Shown piece after piece: positions 1 through 9,561 of a stretch of 53,456 bases of DNA. The DNA comes from Acidimicrobiia bacterium. Lineage in GTDB: Bacteria > Actinomycetota > Acidimicrobiia > Spongiisociales > ZC4RG35. The position numbers and the translations under genes were made by a program. Location of the stretch: the NCBI GenBank assembly GCA_035460965.1, contig DATHWB010000222.1, positions 1 through 53,456 on the forward strand, in the 5' to 3' direction. The notes beneath the pieces were generated by a model. The model saw only the letters and a list, made by a program, of their open reading frames with translations. It had not been told where the DNA came from and searched no databases. Each line of letters opens with the position of its first letter. Positions within the stretch are counted from its first letter, which is position 1.

Positions 1-615
1 GTCTTTCGCCTTGCGCAGGACTTCGATCACCTGCGCCTGGATGGTCACGTCGAGGGGGGTGGTCGGTTCGTCGGCGATGAGGAGGCGGGGACGGTTGGCC
101 ATCGCCATGGCGATCATCGCCCGCTGTCTCATCCCGCCCGAGTACTCGTGGGGATACTGCTTGAGGCGTTGTTGCGGGTTCGGCACTCCGACCACGGACA
201 GGAGCTCGATGGCTCGCTGCGTGGCGGCGCTGTCCGTCATGTCGGAATCGTGAGCCTGCAGCATCTCGGTGATCTGGAACCCAACCGTGAGCACCGGGTT
301 GAGGGCGGTCATCGCGTCCTGGAAGATCATGCCGATCTCACGACCGCGGATCTTCCGTAGCTGACGGGGCGACATCGCCAGCAGGTCATCCCCCTCGAAG
401 TGGGCGGTTCCACTCTCGATGTTGCCGGGTGGGCTGGGGATGAGGCCGAGCAGCGACATCACCGTCACGCTCTTCCCCGACCCGGATTCCCCGACGATCC
501 CCAGCGTCTCGCCCGGATACACCTCGAAGCTCACCCCGTCGACCGCCCGCACACCGGAGTCGGTCGACCCGAAGGTGACCCGCAGGTCCTCGACGCGCAG
601 CATGGGCTGTTCCAT
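1..615 (-). CDS. Peptide/nickel-type ABC transporter ATP-binding protein (DppD/OppD-like); C-terminus cut by the window edge
   Basis: Absent from the ORF track because it runs off the window. The reverse complement reads MEQPMLRVEDLRVTF...LGIVGESGSGKS (Walker A)...YSGGMRQRAMIA (ABC signature)...LLIADEPTTPLD (Walker B). ATG at 615-613 is preceded by GAGGAG. Confidence 0.85.
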   Translation of the reverse strand, partial: MEQPMLRVEDLRVTFGSTDSGVRAVDGVSFEVYPGETLGIVGESGSGKSVTVMSLLGLIPSPPGNIESGTAHFEGDDLLAMSPRQLRKIRGREIGMIFQDAMTALNPVLTVGFQITEMLQAHDSDMTDSAATQRAIELLSVVGVPNPQQRLKQYPHEYSGGMRQRAMIAMAMANRPRLLIADEPTTPLDVTIQAQVIEVLRKAKD

Positions 616-768
616 CGTGGTACTCCTCTTCGATTGTGCGGGTCCAGACTCCATGCGCCTACCGTCCTCCGGGCCGTGCGACCCTACCTCGTCAAACTCA
701 ACCCCGACGCCGCGCCGGGCAACGATTCCTCGTCGTCGGACACCGTCGCACCCCGCGGCATCGCATCC

Positions 769-788
769 GTGATCGGTCGACCGATCAC
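769..788. promoter_or_regulatory. Perfect 20-bp palindrome GTGATCGGTCGACCGATCAC in the divergent ATPase/permease promoter region; candidate operator
   Basis: Read directly from the sequence. It lies in the non-coding gap of about 270 bp between the divergent ABC genes. Confidence 0.4.
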
Positions 789-889
789 CCGGTCATCGTA
801 GTAGCGTCGGTTTTGACTGATGAACCTGCTGTCTCGCACGCTGCACACAGGGACTGGAGAGGCGGCTAGGGTGGCGCCGCTCACGAAAC

Positions 890-1900
890 GTGGGCTTGCC
901 GGCGAGGTGGTGCCCGACCGCTCCGCGAGTCAGCGGAGGGTTCGGCCAGGCGACAGGGTATGAAGTAGTGGACAGAGTGAACGATCCAGCGATCGGAAGC
1001 GCGGGCACTCCCCCGCCCCCTCCGTCGAGCAGACGGCGAGGTCCCGTCGAGTTCGTCACTTCTACATTCCGGAGAAGCCCCAGCCTCGTGATCGGGGCCT
1101 CGATCATCATCGTCCTCAGCGTCCTGGCGATGTTGGCGCCCGTCCTCTCTCCGTACGACCCGTTCGCGCTCGATCCACTACAGCGCTTCCTGGCACCGAG
1201 CGCCGACCACTGGTTCGGTACGGATGAACTGGGGCGAGACATCTGGACGCGTTCGCTCTACGGCGCCCGGGTCTCGCTCTCGACCGCCTTCCTGGCGGTG
1301 ATGATCGGGATGGCGATCGGGGTTCCGCTCGGCCTCCTGTCCGGGTACTTCGGAAAGTGGGTCGACGGCCTCATCATGCGCTACGTCGACATCCAGATCG
1401 CCGTGCCGGGGATTCTGTTGGCGATGATGATCATCCTGTTCGTGGGTCGCGGATTCTTCGCGCTCGTGGTGGCGATCGGCATCGGATCGATTCCCAACTT
1501 CGCCCGAATCGTTCGCGCCTCCACACTCTCGATCCAGGAGGAAGAGTACGTGGCAGCGGTCAAGGCGTTGGGAGGAGGGCACCTGTACACGATGTTCCGG
1601 ACGATCCTCCCGAACGCGCTCGGACCCATCATCGTGCAGGCCGTGATCACTGCGGCGGTGGCCGTGCTGCTGGAGGCTGCGCTCAGCTTCCTCGGCTTGG
1701 GCACCGTGCCCCCGACGCCGAGCTGGGGTGCGATGCTCCAGACCGGCAAGGGCTACATGAACGAAGCGGCCCACTACTCGATCATGCCGGGAGTGCTGCT
1801 CACCATCACCGTGATCGCGCTGGACCTGATGGGACGCGGGATGCAGAAGCTTCGGGGCAGCTCGGCCTCCGCCACGGCCGAGCTGGAGGGCCGGGCATGA
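890..1900 (+). CDS. ABC transporter permease (DppC/OppC-like)
   Basis: ORF track. Contains multiple TM segments and the binding-protein-dependent transport core (...YVAAVKALGGGHLYTMFRTILPNALGPIIVQ...). The true start is probably later (in-frame GTG at 968 or 977). The stop overlaps the next start (ATGA). Confidence 0.8.
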   Translation: MGLPARWCPTAPRVSGGFGQATGYEVVDRVNDPAIGSAGTPPPPPSSRRRGPVEFVTSTFRRSPSLVIGASIIIVLSVLAMLAPVLSPYDPFALDPLQRFLAPSADHWFGTDELGRDIWTRSLYGARVSLSTAFLAVMIGMAIGVPLGLLSGYFGKWVDGLIMRYVDIQIAVPGILLAMMIILFVGRGFFALVVAIGIGSIPNFARIVRASTLSIQEEEYVAAVKALGGGHLYTMFRTILPNALGPIIVQAVITAAVAVLLEAALSFLGLGTVPPTPSWGAMLQTGKGYMNEAAHYSIMPGVLLTITVIALDLMGRGMQKLRGSSASATAELEGRA

Positions 1901-2844
1901 TCTCCTACATCGTCCGGCGCCTGCTGCAGGCCATCCCCACCCTCTTCATCGCTTCGGTGGCCGTCTGGGCGCTCGTCTACGCGCTTCCCGGCGACCCGGT
2001 CCTGACGCTCCTCGGCCCGGAGCCCAACCCCGAGGCCGTCATCGCCGAACGAGCCCGCCTCGGACTCGACCAGCCGATATACGCCCAGTACTTCACCTGG
2101 CTAGGGAATGTCTTCCAGGGCGACCTGGGGTACTCGTACTTCGGAGGGGAGGCGGTGCTCGACAGGATCCAGCGGCGGGTGATGCCGACCCTGCAGCTCG
2201 GGGGGTTCGCCCTCATCGTCGCAATACTGCTGGCGCTTCCCATCGCATCGTTCGGATCGCTGAAACCCAACTCGTTCGCGGGGCGGGCGGTCAGCGTGCA
2301 GAGTGTGCTGTCTCTGAGCCTTCCCACCTTCTGGGTGGGGATCCTCTTCATCTTGTTCTTCGCCGTGAAATGGCGGCTGCTCCCCGCCGTCTCCGACTAC
2401 CACCCGTTCCTGCGAGACCCGGCAGCGGCCTTCCGCAACACGGTCCTCCCCGGTCTGACTCTCGGTATCTATGTCTCGGCGATCTTCGGCCGATTCCTCC
2501 GCCAGTCGCTGACCGAAGTACTGAACAAGGACTACGTCCGCACCGCGCGCTCGAAGGGGCTGAAGGAGACAGTGGTGGTCGGGCGGCACGCGTTGCGCAA
2601 TGCGTTGCTCCCCTTCGTCACGATCCTCGGTCTGCAGGTCAGCGGCTTCATCAGCGGCTCGGTCGTCACGGAGTCGGTGTTCAGCTACCCGGGCGTCGGC
2701 CGACTGGTCTACACGGCGATCCTCCAGCGCGACTACGCCCTCATCCAGGGGACGACACTGCTCATCGTCGTGGCCGTGACCGTCATCAATCTGATCGTGG
2801 ACATCATCTACGCGTACCTCGATCCGAGGATCTCGTACTCATGA
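1897..2844 (+). CDS. ABC transporter permease (DppB/OppB-like)
   Basis: The in-frame ATG at 1897 gives MISYIVRRLLQAIPTLF..., a typical DppB N-terminus. Contains ...DYVRTARSKGL...; the listed ORF 1357-2844 was trimmed. Confidence 0.9.
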   Translation: MISYIVRRLLQAIPTLFIASVAVWALVYALPGDPVLTLLGPEPNPEAVIAERARLGLDQPIYAQYFTWLGNVFQGDLGYSYFGGEAVLDRIQRRVMPTLQLGGFALIVAILLALPIASFGSLKPNSFAGRAVSVQSVLSLSLPTFWVGILFILFFAVKWRLLPAVSDYHPFLRDPAAAFRNTVLPGLTLGIYVSAIFGRFLRQSLTEVLNKDYVRTARSKGLKETVVVGRHALRNALLPFVTILGLQVSGFISGSVVTESVFSYPGVGRLVYTAILQRDYALIQGTTLLIVVAVTVINLIVDIIYAYLDPRISYS

Positions 2845-3005
2845 GTCAGTGCAGCTATTCAGACATCGATTCAAGATTGCCAGCTTCCCGCTACCGTACT
2901 TGGTTGAGGGGAGAGGGCATGGCCGTGGCCTCCAATGGGGTGACACGGTCCGAGACAGCCATTCGTCGAAGGACGAGTGGACTGATTGAAGGAGGAAGGA
3001 AGCAA

Positions 3006-4631
3006 ATGAGAACCAGATCACACGGACCAGTCCGTCTGCTGGCGCTGCTCGCAGCGCTGGCGATGGTCCTGGCCGCCTGTGGTGGGAATGGTGATGCTGA
3101 CACGACCACGACGACGGCGGCAGCAACCACGACTACCGCGGCGTCCGGCGACACCACCACGACCACCGCTCCCGATGAGGGCGATGCGACGGGCGGGACA
3201 TTGAGGGTCGGCGTTCGGGACGACGTGCAGCGCTGGGACTCCAGCCGTCTGCAGGGCGTTCTGTTCCCGTTCCACCGCAATCTCTACGACACCCTGGCCG
3301 ACTATGTGGACGGGCTGAACGCCCAGCCGATGCTCGCCACCGGGTGGGAGATCAGCGACGCTCAGGACTCGGTGACCATCACGCTGCGGGAAGGCGTCCT
3401 GTTCCACTCCGGTCGTGAGATGACCGCAGAGGACATCGCTGCCAACCTGGCGTACTTCATCGATCCCGAAACCGGCAACCAGGTCTTCGGACCGACGGAC
3501 GGCGCGGTCCAGGACTGGGAGGTCACCGGACCGTACGAGATCGTCGTGAACTTCAAGCAGCCGATCGCGGAGCTGCAGATCACTGACCTGCTCACTTCGT
3601 GGGCGATCGGCGATCCCGAGTTCTTCGACAGCTATGACACCCAGGCCCAGGGCACCGGACCGTTCAAGTTCGTCCAGTGGACCCCGGGTGAGAGTGTCAC
3701 GCTCGAAGCCCACACCGAATACTGGGGCGACGGTCCGTACGTCGACACGATCGAGTATCGGATCTTCGGCGACGCCGATGCGATGGTCTCGGCGCTCGAA
3801 GCCGGCGACATCGACGTGCTGTACAGCCCGCGGGCACTCGACGCTTCCCGCCTCGAGGGACAGGGTTACACGGTCGTGGTTGCGCCTGCCGGCGCCATCA
3901 TCGACCAGCTCCGCCTGCAGCCGGTCGGTCAGCCGCCGTTGGACAACATCGACATCCGAATGATGCTCAACTACGCCACCGACATGGTGTCGATCAACGA
4001 GGCGATCTACGGTGGGCTGGGCACGCCGCTGCGCCTCCCGTACGCACCGACCTCGCCCGCCTATGACCAGGCACTGGCGAGTTCGCTCGAGTACGACCTC
4101 GACAAGGCACGCGAGCACCTCGAGGCCTCGGGCCTGCCCGAGAGCGAGTGGACGGCGACGATCATGACCTCGTCGGCGAGCACTGAGGCGCAGCTCGTCT
4201 CGCAGATCCTCCAGCAGGCGCTGGCCCAGATCGGGTTCACGCTCGAGATCGATCTGCAGGACGCGGCGACCGCTTCGGACCGGTACTTCAACGGCGACTA
4301 CCAGATCTACTGGAGTGGCATCGGCAACGCCCAGAAGTACCCGACCCGGATCTCGACCAACTCCATCTACCGTCACACGGGCAACCCGATCTTCGACATG
4401 GAAGCGACGTTCCCGGACTACACGGCAGCCATCAACGCCGCCAACGCGGCAGTCACGGCTGAGGAGCAGGCGGCGACGTTCGCCGAGCTGAACCGGTCGA
4501 TCGTCGACAACATGTTCGTGGTGTCCGGCATCGCCCGTCCGATGCTCGCACTCACGGCGCCGAACATCACCGGTGCCTACAAGGACATCGACGCTCAGGA
4601 GCGGTACCACCTGGTCCGTATCGAAAACTGA
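3006..4631 (+). CDS. ABC transporter substrate-binding lipoprotein (family 5, peptide/nickel type)
   Basis: ATG at 3006 follows GAAGGAGGAAGGAAG. Signal peptide with lipobox (LAMVLAAC), then a Thr-rich linker. Family-5 SBP-like body about 540 aa long. Confidence 0.88.
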   Translation: MRTRSHGPVRLLALLAALAMVLAACGGNGDADTTTTTAAATTTTAASGDTTTTTAPDEGDATGGTLRVGVRDDVQRWDSSRLQGVLFPFHRNLYDTLADYVDGLNAQPMLATGWEISDAQDSVTITLREGVLFHSGREMTAEDIAANLAYFIDPETGNQVFGPTDGAVQDWEVTGPYEIVVNFKQPIAELQITDLLTSWAIGDPEFFDSYDTQAQGTGPFKFVQWTPGESVTLEAHTEYWGDGPYVDTIEYRIFGDADAMVSALEAGDIDVLYSPRALDASRLEGQGYTVVVAPAGAIIDQLRLQPVGQPPLDNIDIRMMLNYATDMVSINEAIYGGLGTPLRLPYAPTSPAYDQALASSLEYDLDKAREHLEASGLPESEWTATIMTSSASTEAQLVSQILQQALAQIGFTLEIDLQDAATASDRYFNGDYQIYWSGIGNAQKYPTRISTNSIYRHTGNPIFDMEATFPDYTAAINAANAAVTAEEQAATFAELNRSIVDNMFVVSGIARPMLALTAPNITGAYKDIDAQERYHLVRIEN

Positions 4632-4669
4632 CGATCGAGTTTCGGTCTTGAACCGACACTCATGACAGC

Positions 4670-4704
4670 AGCGACGCCGGCACGGTCCACGTGCCGGCGT
4701 CGCT
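4670..4704 (+). terminator. Perfect 15-bp stem / 5-nt loop hairpin 39 nt after the SBP stop
   Basis: AGCGACGCCGGCACG-gtcca-CGTGCCGGCGTCGCT. There is no U-tract, which is common in high-GC actinobacteria. Confidence 0.5.
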
Positions 4705-4737
4705 CGTTCTCCTCCGAAATCCCCGGGAGCCCATCCG

Positions 4738-6330
4738 ATGAAAGCTGACATCCTCTTACGCAACGGCACCGTCGTCGACGGGACCGGCGGGCCCCCTCGC
4801 CGGGTGGACGTGGCGATCGCCGGCGACACGATCGTGGCGGTCGGCGACCTCCCGACGTCGGCGGCCGAGAGGGTCGTCGACGTGCACGACATGGTCGTCG
4901 CCCCCGGCTTCATCGACATCCACACCCACTCGGACGTGACCGTGCTGCTCGACCCTCGCGGCGAGAGCAAGATCCACCAGGGCGTCACCACCGAGGTGAC
5001 GGGCAACTGCAGCTTCTCACCGTTCCCCTTCTCCCCCGACAAGCTCGACCTCCACCGCGACCACCTCTACCGGATCGGTGACGGCGTCCCCGAACTCACG
5101 TGGCACGACCTCGAGGGGTACGCCGCCGCCGTCCACACCGATCCTCCCGCCCTCAACGTCGCACCGCTGGCCGGTCACGGGACCATCAGGGTGGCCGTGC
5201 TCGGTGTCGACCAGCGGGATGCGACCCCCGACGAACTCGAACGGATGAAGCGACTCCTCGCCGAGACCCTCGACCAGGGGGCGTTCGGGATGTCGACCGG
5301 CCTCACCCACGTCCCGTCGGCCTACGGATCCGAGGCCGAAGTGACCGAACTGGTCAAGGTCGTCGCCAGCCGCGACGCCCTCTACGCCACCCACTCACGG
5401 GGTGGGTCCGGCCGGCCGTTCGGCGGAACCGAGGAGGCGATCAGGACGGCGATGGCGGCCGGTGCGCGTCTGCAGGCCTCCCATGCCGCCATCAACCACC
5501 CCGACCACTGGGGACGGGCAGCCGACAACCTGGCACTGATCGACGAGGCCAGGGACGCCGGTCTCGACGCCGCCATCGACGTGTACCCCTACGACGCCTC
5601 CTCGTCCTCCCTCACCCAGTACCTGCCACCGTGGGTGCAGGACGGCGGCACCGAGGCGATGCGCGCCCGGCTCGCCGACCCCGCGGCACTCGAGCGCGCC
5701 GAACGCGACCTCGCCGCCGGATGGTTCGGCGGGATTCCGTGGCTGTGGGACCGGGTGGTCTTCGACCGGATCGGACCCGGCTACGAGCAGTACTCCGGCA
5801 TGAGCATCGAGGAGGCGGCGGCCAAGGCCGGTATGACCCCGGCGGCATTCACCCTCAAGGTGTGCCTTGACCACGGCAACTATCCGCGAGTGGTCCTCTT
5901 CTACCGGACCGAGGAGGACATGATGACGTTCCTGTCGCATCACACCGCGGTGGTCGGGTCGGACGGCTCCGCCCTGCCGCTCGACCAGGGGGCCAAGCGT
6001 CCCCATCCGCGCTCGTTCGGGACCTTCCCGCGCATCTTCGGCCGCTACGTCAGGGACAAGGGTCTATTGAGTCTGCCGGAGGCGGTGCGCAAGACGAGCA
6101 GCGGCGTGGCGGATCGGCTGCAACTGACGGACCGGGGCTACATCCGGGTCGGTCAGGCGGCCGACATCGTGGTGTTCGATCCGGCCACGATCGCCGACCG
6201 GGCCACCTTCGAGAACCCGGCGCAGGCGCCGGTCGGTATGGAGTACGTGATCGTGAACGGGGCGATGGCAATCGAGCAGGGCGACCAGACCGAAGCACGG
6301 ACCGGCCGGGTCCTGCGACGGACCCACTGA
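4738..6330 (+). CDS. N-acyl-D-amino-acid deacylase (D-aminoacylase family amidohydrolase), paralog 1
   Basis: Carries GFIDIHTHSD (HxH), TGNCS (Cys ligand), YATHSR, QASHAAI, VVGSDGSA and PHPRSFGTFPR, the motif set of the D-aminoacylase family. Confidence 0.85.
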   Translation: MKADILLRNGTVVDGTGGPPRRVDVAIAGDTIVAVGDLPTSAAERVVDVHDMVVAPGFIDIHTHSDVTVLLDPRGESKIHQGVTTEVTGNCSFSPFPFSPDKLDLHRDHLYRIGDGVPELTWHDLEGYAAAVHTDPPALNVAPLAGHGTIRVAVLGVDQRDATPDELERMKRLLAETLDQGAFGMSTGLTHVPSAYGSEAEVTELVKVVASRDALYATHSRGGSGRPFGGTEEAIRTAMAAGARLQASHAAINHPDHWGRAADNLALIDEARDAGLDAAIDVYPYDASSSSLTQYLPPWVQDGGTEAMRARLADPAALERAERDLAAGWFGGIPWLWDRVVFDRIGPGYEQYSGMSIEEAAAKAGMTPAAFTLKVCLDHGNYPRVVLFYRTEEDMMTFLSHHTAVVGSDGSALPLDQGAKRPHPRSFGTFPRIFGRYVRDKGLLSLPEAVRKTSSGVADRLQLTDRGYIRVGQAADIVVFDPATIADRATFENPAQAPVGMEYVIVNGAMAIEQGDQTEARTGRVLRRTH

Positions 6331-6343
6331 GAGAGGACGGAAC

Positions 6344-7957
6344 ATGGAAGCGGACATTCTCCTCACGGGAGGCACGGTCTTCGACGGCACCGGCTCCCCC
6401 GGTCGGGTGACGGACGTCGCAGTGCGCGGCGACACGATCGTGGCGATCGGGGACGACCTCGGCATCGACGCCCACCGGGTCATCGACGTGGCCGGACGGG
6501 CTGTGACGCCCGGCTTCATCGACATCCACACCCACTCCGACCTGTCGGCGCTGCGTGATCCGGCCTGCGAGAGCAAGGTCAGACAGGGGGTGACGACCGA
6601 CGTGACGGGGAACTGCGGCGCCTCGCCGTATCCGATCGCCTCCGAACACCGAGCCGAGCACCTCGACATGCTCGAGGGCAGGGGGATCGGCGAGAAGGGC
6701 CTGGAGCTGACCTGGAGCGACATCGAGAGCTATGCCGCCGTGGCCGACCGGCGCACGCTGGCATTCAACCTCGCCCCCCTGGTTGGGCACAACACGCTGC
6801 GGACTGCCGGGATGGGCCTCGACCAGCGCCCGCCCACCCCCGCCGAGCTCGCGACGATGCAGCAACTCCTGGATGAGCAACTCCAGCAAGGCGCCTTCGG
6901 GTTCTCGACCGGCCTCACCCTGGTACCCGGGGCGTACGCCGCCGAGGACGAGGTGGTGGCACTGCTCGAGGTGGTCGCCAAGCACGACGCCCTCTACGCC
7001 ACCCACACCCGGGGGGACGGCAAGCGTGAGTTCGGAGGGGTCGAGGAGGCGATCCGAGCAGCCTCCGCCGCCGGTGCACGCCTGCAGTACTCCCACGCCG
7101 CCATCAACGTCCCAGCCCAATGGGGACGTGCCGCCGACGTCACCGGAATCATCGAGGAGGCCCGACACGGGGGCCTCGACGTCATGTTCGACGTCTACCC
7201 CTACGACGCCTCGTCATCCGCAATGACGCAGTACCTCCCGACCTGGGTGCAGGAGGGCGGGACCGAGGCGATGCGCGCCCGGCTCTCCGACCCGGCGGTC
7301 TACGAACGAGCGCTCACGGAGTTGCGAGCCGGCTGGTTCGGGCGGATTCCCTGGTACTGGAGCAGGGTCATGGTCTCCAAGGTCGCGGAGCCGGACGCCT
7401 GGGCGGTCGGCCTCTCCATCGAGCAGGCCGCCACCCGGGTGGGTGCCGACCCGGCGGAGTGGGCGCTGCGCCTCTGCCTCGACCACGGCAACGCCGCACG
7501 CGTGGTGCTGTTCTACCGCACCGAGGACGACATGAAGACCTTCCTCGCACACCCGCTCTCGATGGTGGGTTCCGATGGGTCGGCCATGCCGTTCGACCTG
7601 CCGGGCGAACAGCCCCACCCCCGCTCGTTCGGGACGTACCCGCGGGTCTTCGGGCGCTACGTGCGGGAACAGCAGGTGCTCAGCCTCGCCGAGGCGGTCC
7701 GCAAGAGCACCAGTGCGGTGGCCGACCGGCTGCAGCTGCGGGACCGGGGACGGCTGGCGGAGGGCATGGTCGCCGACATCGTCGTGTTCGACCCCGACAC
7801 GATCATCGACCGCGCCACGTTCGAGAACCCGGCCACTCCCCCGGTCGGCGTCGAGCACGTGCTCGTGAACGGAGCAGTGGTCGTGGAGAACGGCGACCAG
7901 ACCGACGCCCGACCGGGCGCGGTCCTGCGACGCCCCGGATCGCGGGTGAATCCATGA
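6344..7957 (+). CDS. N-acyl-D-amino-acid deacylase, paralog 2
   Basis: Collinear with paralog 1: GFIDIHTHSD, TGNCG, YATHTR, YSHAAI, MVGSDGSA, PHPRSFGTYPR. Confidence 0.85.
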   Translation: MEADILLTGGTVFDGTGSPGRVTDVAVRGDTIVAIGDDLGIDAHRVIDVAGRAVTPGFIDIHTHSDLSALRDPACESKVRQGVTTDVTGNCGASPYPIASEHRAEHLDMLEGRGIGEKGLELTWSDIESYAAVADRRTLAFNLAPLVGHNTLRTAGMGLDQRPPTPAELATMQQLLDEQLQQGAFGFSTGLTLVPGAYAAEDEVVALLEVVAKHDALYATHTRGDGKREFGGVEEAIRAASAAGARLQYSHAAINVPAQWGRAADVTGIIEEARHGGLDVMFDVYPYDASSSAMTQYLPTWVQEGGTEAMRARLSDPAVYERALTELRAGWFGRIPWYWSRVMVSKVAEPDAWAVGLSIEQAATRVGADPAEWALRLCLDHGNAARVVLFYRTEDDMKTFLAHPLSMVGSDGSAMPFDLPGEQPHPRSFGTYPRVFGRYVREQQVLSLAEAVRKSTSAVADRLQLRDRGRLAEGMVADIVVFDPDTIIDRATFENPATPPVGVEHVLVNGAVVVENGDQTDARPGAVLRRPGSRVNP

Positions 7958-9555
7958 TGGACGACCTCGTCCTCCGCAACGTCAGGCTCATCGACGGCAC
8001 CGGCGCACCAGCGCGTACGGCCGACGTGGGCGTCACCGGCGACCGGATCACGACGGTGGGAGACCACGACCCCGACCGCCCTGCCGCCCGGGTCGTCGAG
8101 GGGCGGGGACGCGTCCTCGCCCCTGGGTTCATCGACCTGCACACCCACTCGGACCTCACCTTCCTCGCCGACGGTCTGGGCGAGAGCAAACTGCTGCAGG
8201 GAGTGACGACCGAGGTGACAGGGAACTGCTCCTTCGCTCCGTTCCCGATCGAGCCGACCCACCTGGCGCTCCACGTCGATCATCTGTCCACCATCAACTT
8301 CGACCACGATCCCGCCGGCCTGGACGTGCACTGGAACGACTTCGACGGCTATGCCCGCGCCCTCACCGACGCCGGACTCGGCATCAACGTCGCCCCGCTC
8401 GCCGGTCACGGCACGCTGCGGGTGGCGGCCATGGGCGTGGACGACCGGCCTGCCACCCCCGCCGAGCTGGGCCGTATGCGGAGGGATCTCGCCACCGCCC
8501 TGGAACAGGGGGCGTGGGGGATGAGCACCGGTCTGACCCTGGTGCCCAGCACGTACGGCTCGGTCGACGAGGTCATCGCCCTGGCCGCAGTCCTCGCCGA
8601 GGCCGGCGCCCTGTACGCCACCCACGGACGGACCGCCGGGACGGGTCGCGGCCCCGGGGGCATCGAGGAAGCCGTCGCCGTGGGACGAGCGACCGGCGTC
8701 AGCGTGCAGCAGAGCCACATGGCCATCAACGACCCGGCTCGGTGGGGCAGCGCCGCCGAACAGCTCGCCATCCTCGACACCGCCCGCACAGAGGGTGTGG
8801 ACATCTTCCACGACGTGTATCCGTACATCGCCTCCTCGTCGGCTCTGACCCAGTATCTGCCCTCGTGGCTGCTGGAGGGCGGGACCGCGGCGATGCGGGG
8901 GCGGGCGGCCGATCCCGCCCAGCGGGCCCGCGCCCTCACCGACATGCACCGAGGATGGTTCGGCGGGATCCCGTGGCTGTGGGACCGCTTCATGGTCTCG
9001 GCGGCGCCCGACGGTCGCGGTGTCGGCCAGACCCTCGCCCAGCTCGCCGCCGAGCGGGGGGCGGACCCGTACGAGCTGACACTCGACCTCTGCGTCGAGT
9101 ACGGCCACGAGCTGCACGTCGTGCTCTTCTACCGGGTCGAGGAGGACGTCGAGGCATTCCTCGCTCATCCGCTGGCGACAGTCGCCTCCGACGGGAACGC
9201 CATGCCCATGGCGGGACACGGGACCTCTCATCACCCCCGGAGTTACGGGACATTCCCCCGCGTCCTCGGACGCTACGTCAGGGAACGGGGGACGCTGCCG
9301 CTGGTCGACGCGATCCGCAAGATGACCGGCGAGCCCGCCCGTCGCCTCGGCATGCAGGATCGAGGGACGGTCGTCGTGGGGAACTTCGCCGACCTCGTGC
9401 TCTTCGACCCCGCCGTGGTGGCCGACCGGGCGGACTTCGGCCGGCCACCCCAGGCGCCGGTCGGCATCGACGTCGTACTGGTCAATGGCACCGTGATGGT
9501 CGACCACGGCACGGTCTCGGACTCCCGGCCGGGGAGCGTGCTCAGGAAACTCTGA
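7954..9555 (+). CDS. N-acyl-D-amino-acid deacylase, paralog 3
   Basis: In-frame ATG at 7954 (MMDDLVLRNVRLIDG) overlaps the paralog-2 stop (ATGA). Motifs GFIDLHTHSD, TGNCS, YATHGR, QSHMAI, VASDGNA, HHPRSYGTFPR. Confidence 0.85.
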   Translation: MMDDLVLRNVRLIDGTGAPARTADVGVTGDRITTVGDHDPDRPAARVVEGRGRVLAPGFIDLHTHSDLTFLADGLGESKLLQGVTTEVTGNCSFAPFPIEPTHLALHVDHLSTINFDHDPAGLDVHWNDFDGYARALTDAGLGINVAPLAGHGTLRVAAMGVDDRPATPAELGRMRRDLATALEQGAWGMSTGLTLVPSTYGSVDEVIALAAVLAEAGALYATHGRTAGTGRGPGGIEEAVAVGRATGVSVQQSHMAINDPARWGSAAEQLAILDTARTEGVDIFHDVYPYIASSSALTQYLPSWLLEGGTAAMRGRAADPAQRARALTDMHRGWFGGIPWLWDRFMVSAAPDGRGVGQTLAQLAAERGADPYELTLDLCVEYGHELHVVLFYRVEEDVEAFLAHPLATVASDGNAMPMAGHGTSHHPRSYGTFPRVLGRYVRERGTLPLVDAIRKMTGEPARRLGMQDRGTVVVGNFADLVLFDPAVVADRADFGRPPQAPVGIDVVLVNGTVMVDHGTVSDSRPGSVLRKL

Positions 9556-9561
9556 GCGTCC

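Noticed and set aside
3018-5042. 674-aa ORF on the minus strand, antisense to the SBP gene and the first D-aminoacylase gene
   Set aside because: It is Arg/Gly/Pro/Val-rich and low in complexity, with no recognisable motif. It fully overlaps two motif-supported plus-strand genes. Stop-free antisense frames are expected at about 70% GC.
7657-9507. 616-aa minus-strand ORF antisense to the third D-aminoacylase gene. The long antisense ORFs at 12466-14013, 12644-13885, 18946-20433 and 42187-43374 are similar cases.
   Set aside because: All overlap genes with clear catalytic motifs and have shadow-frame composition. None is supported by start-site context.
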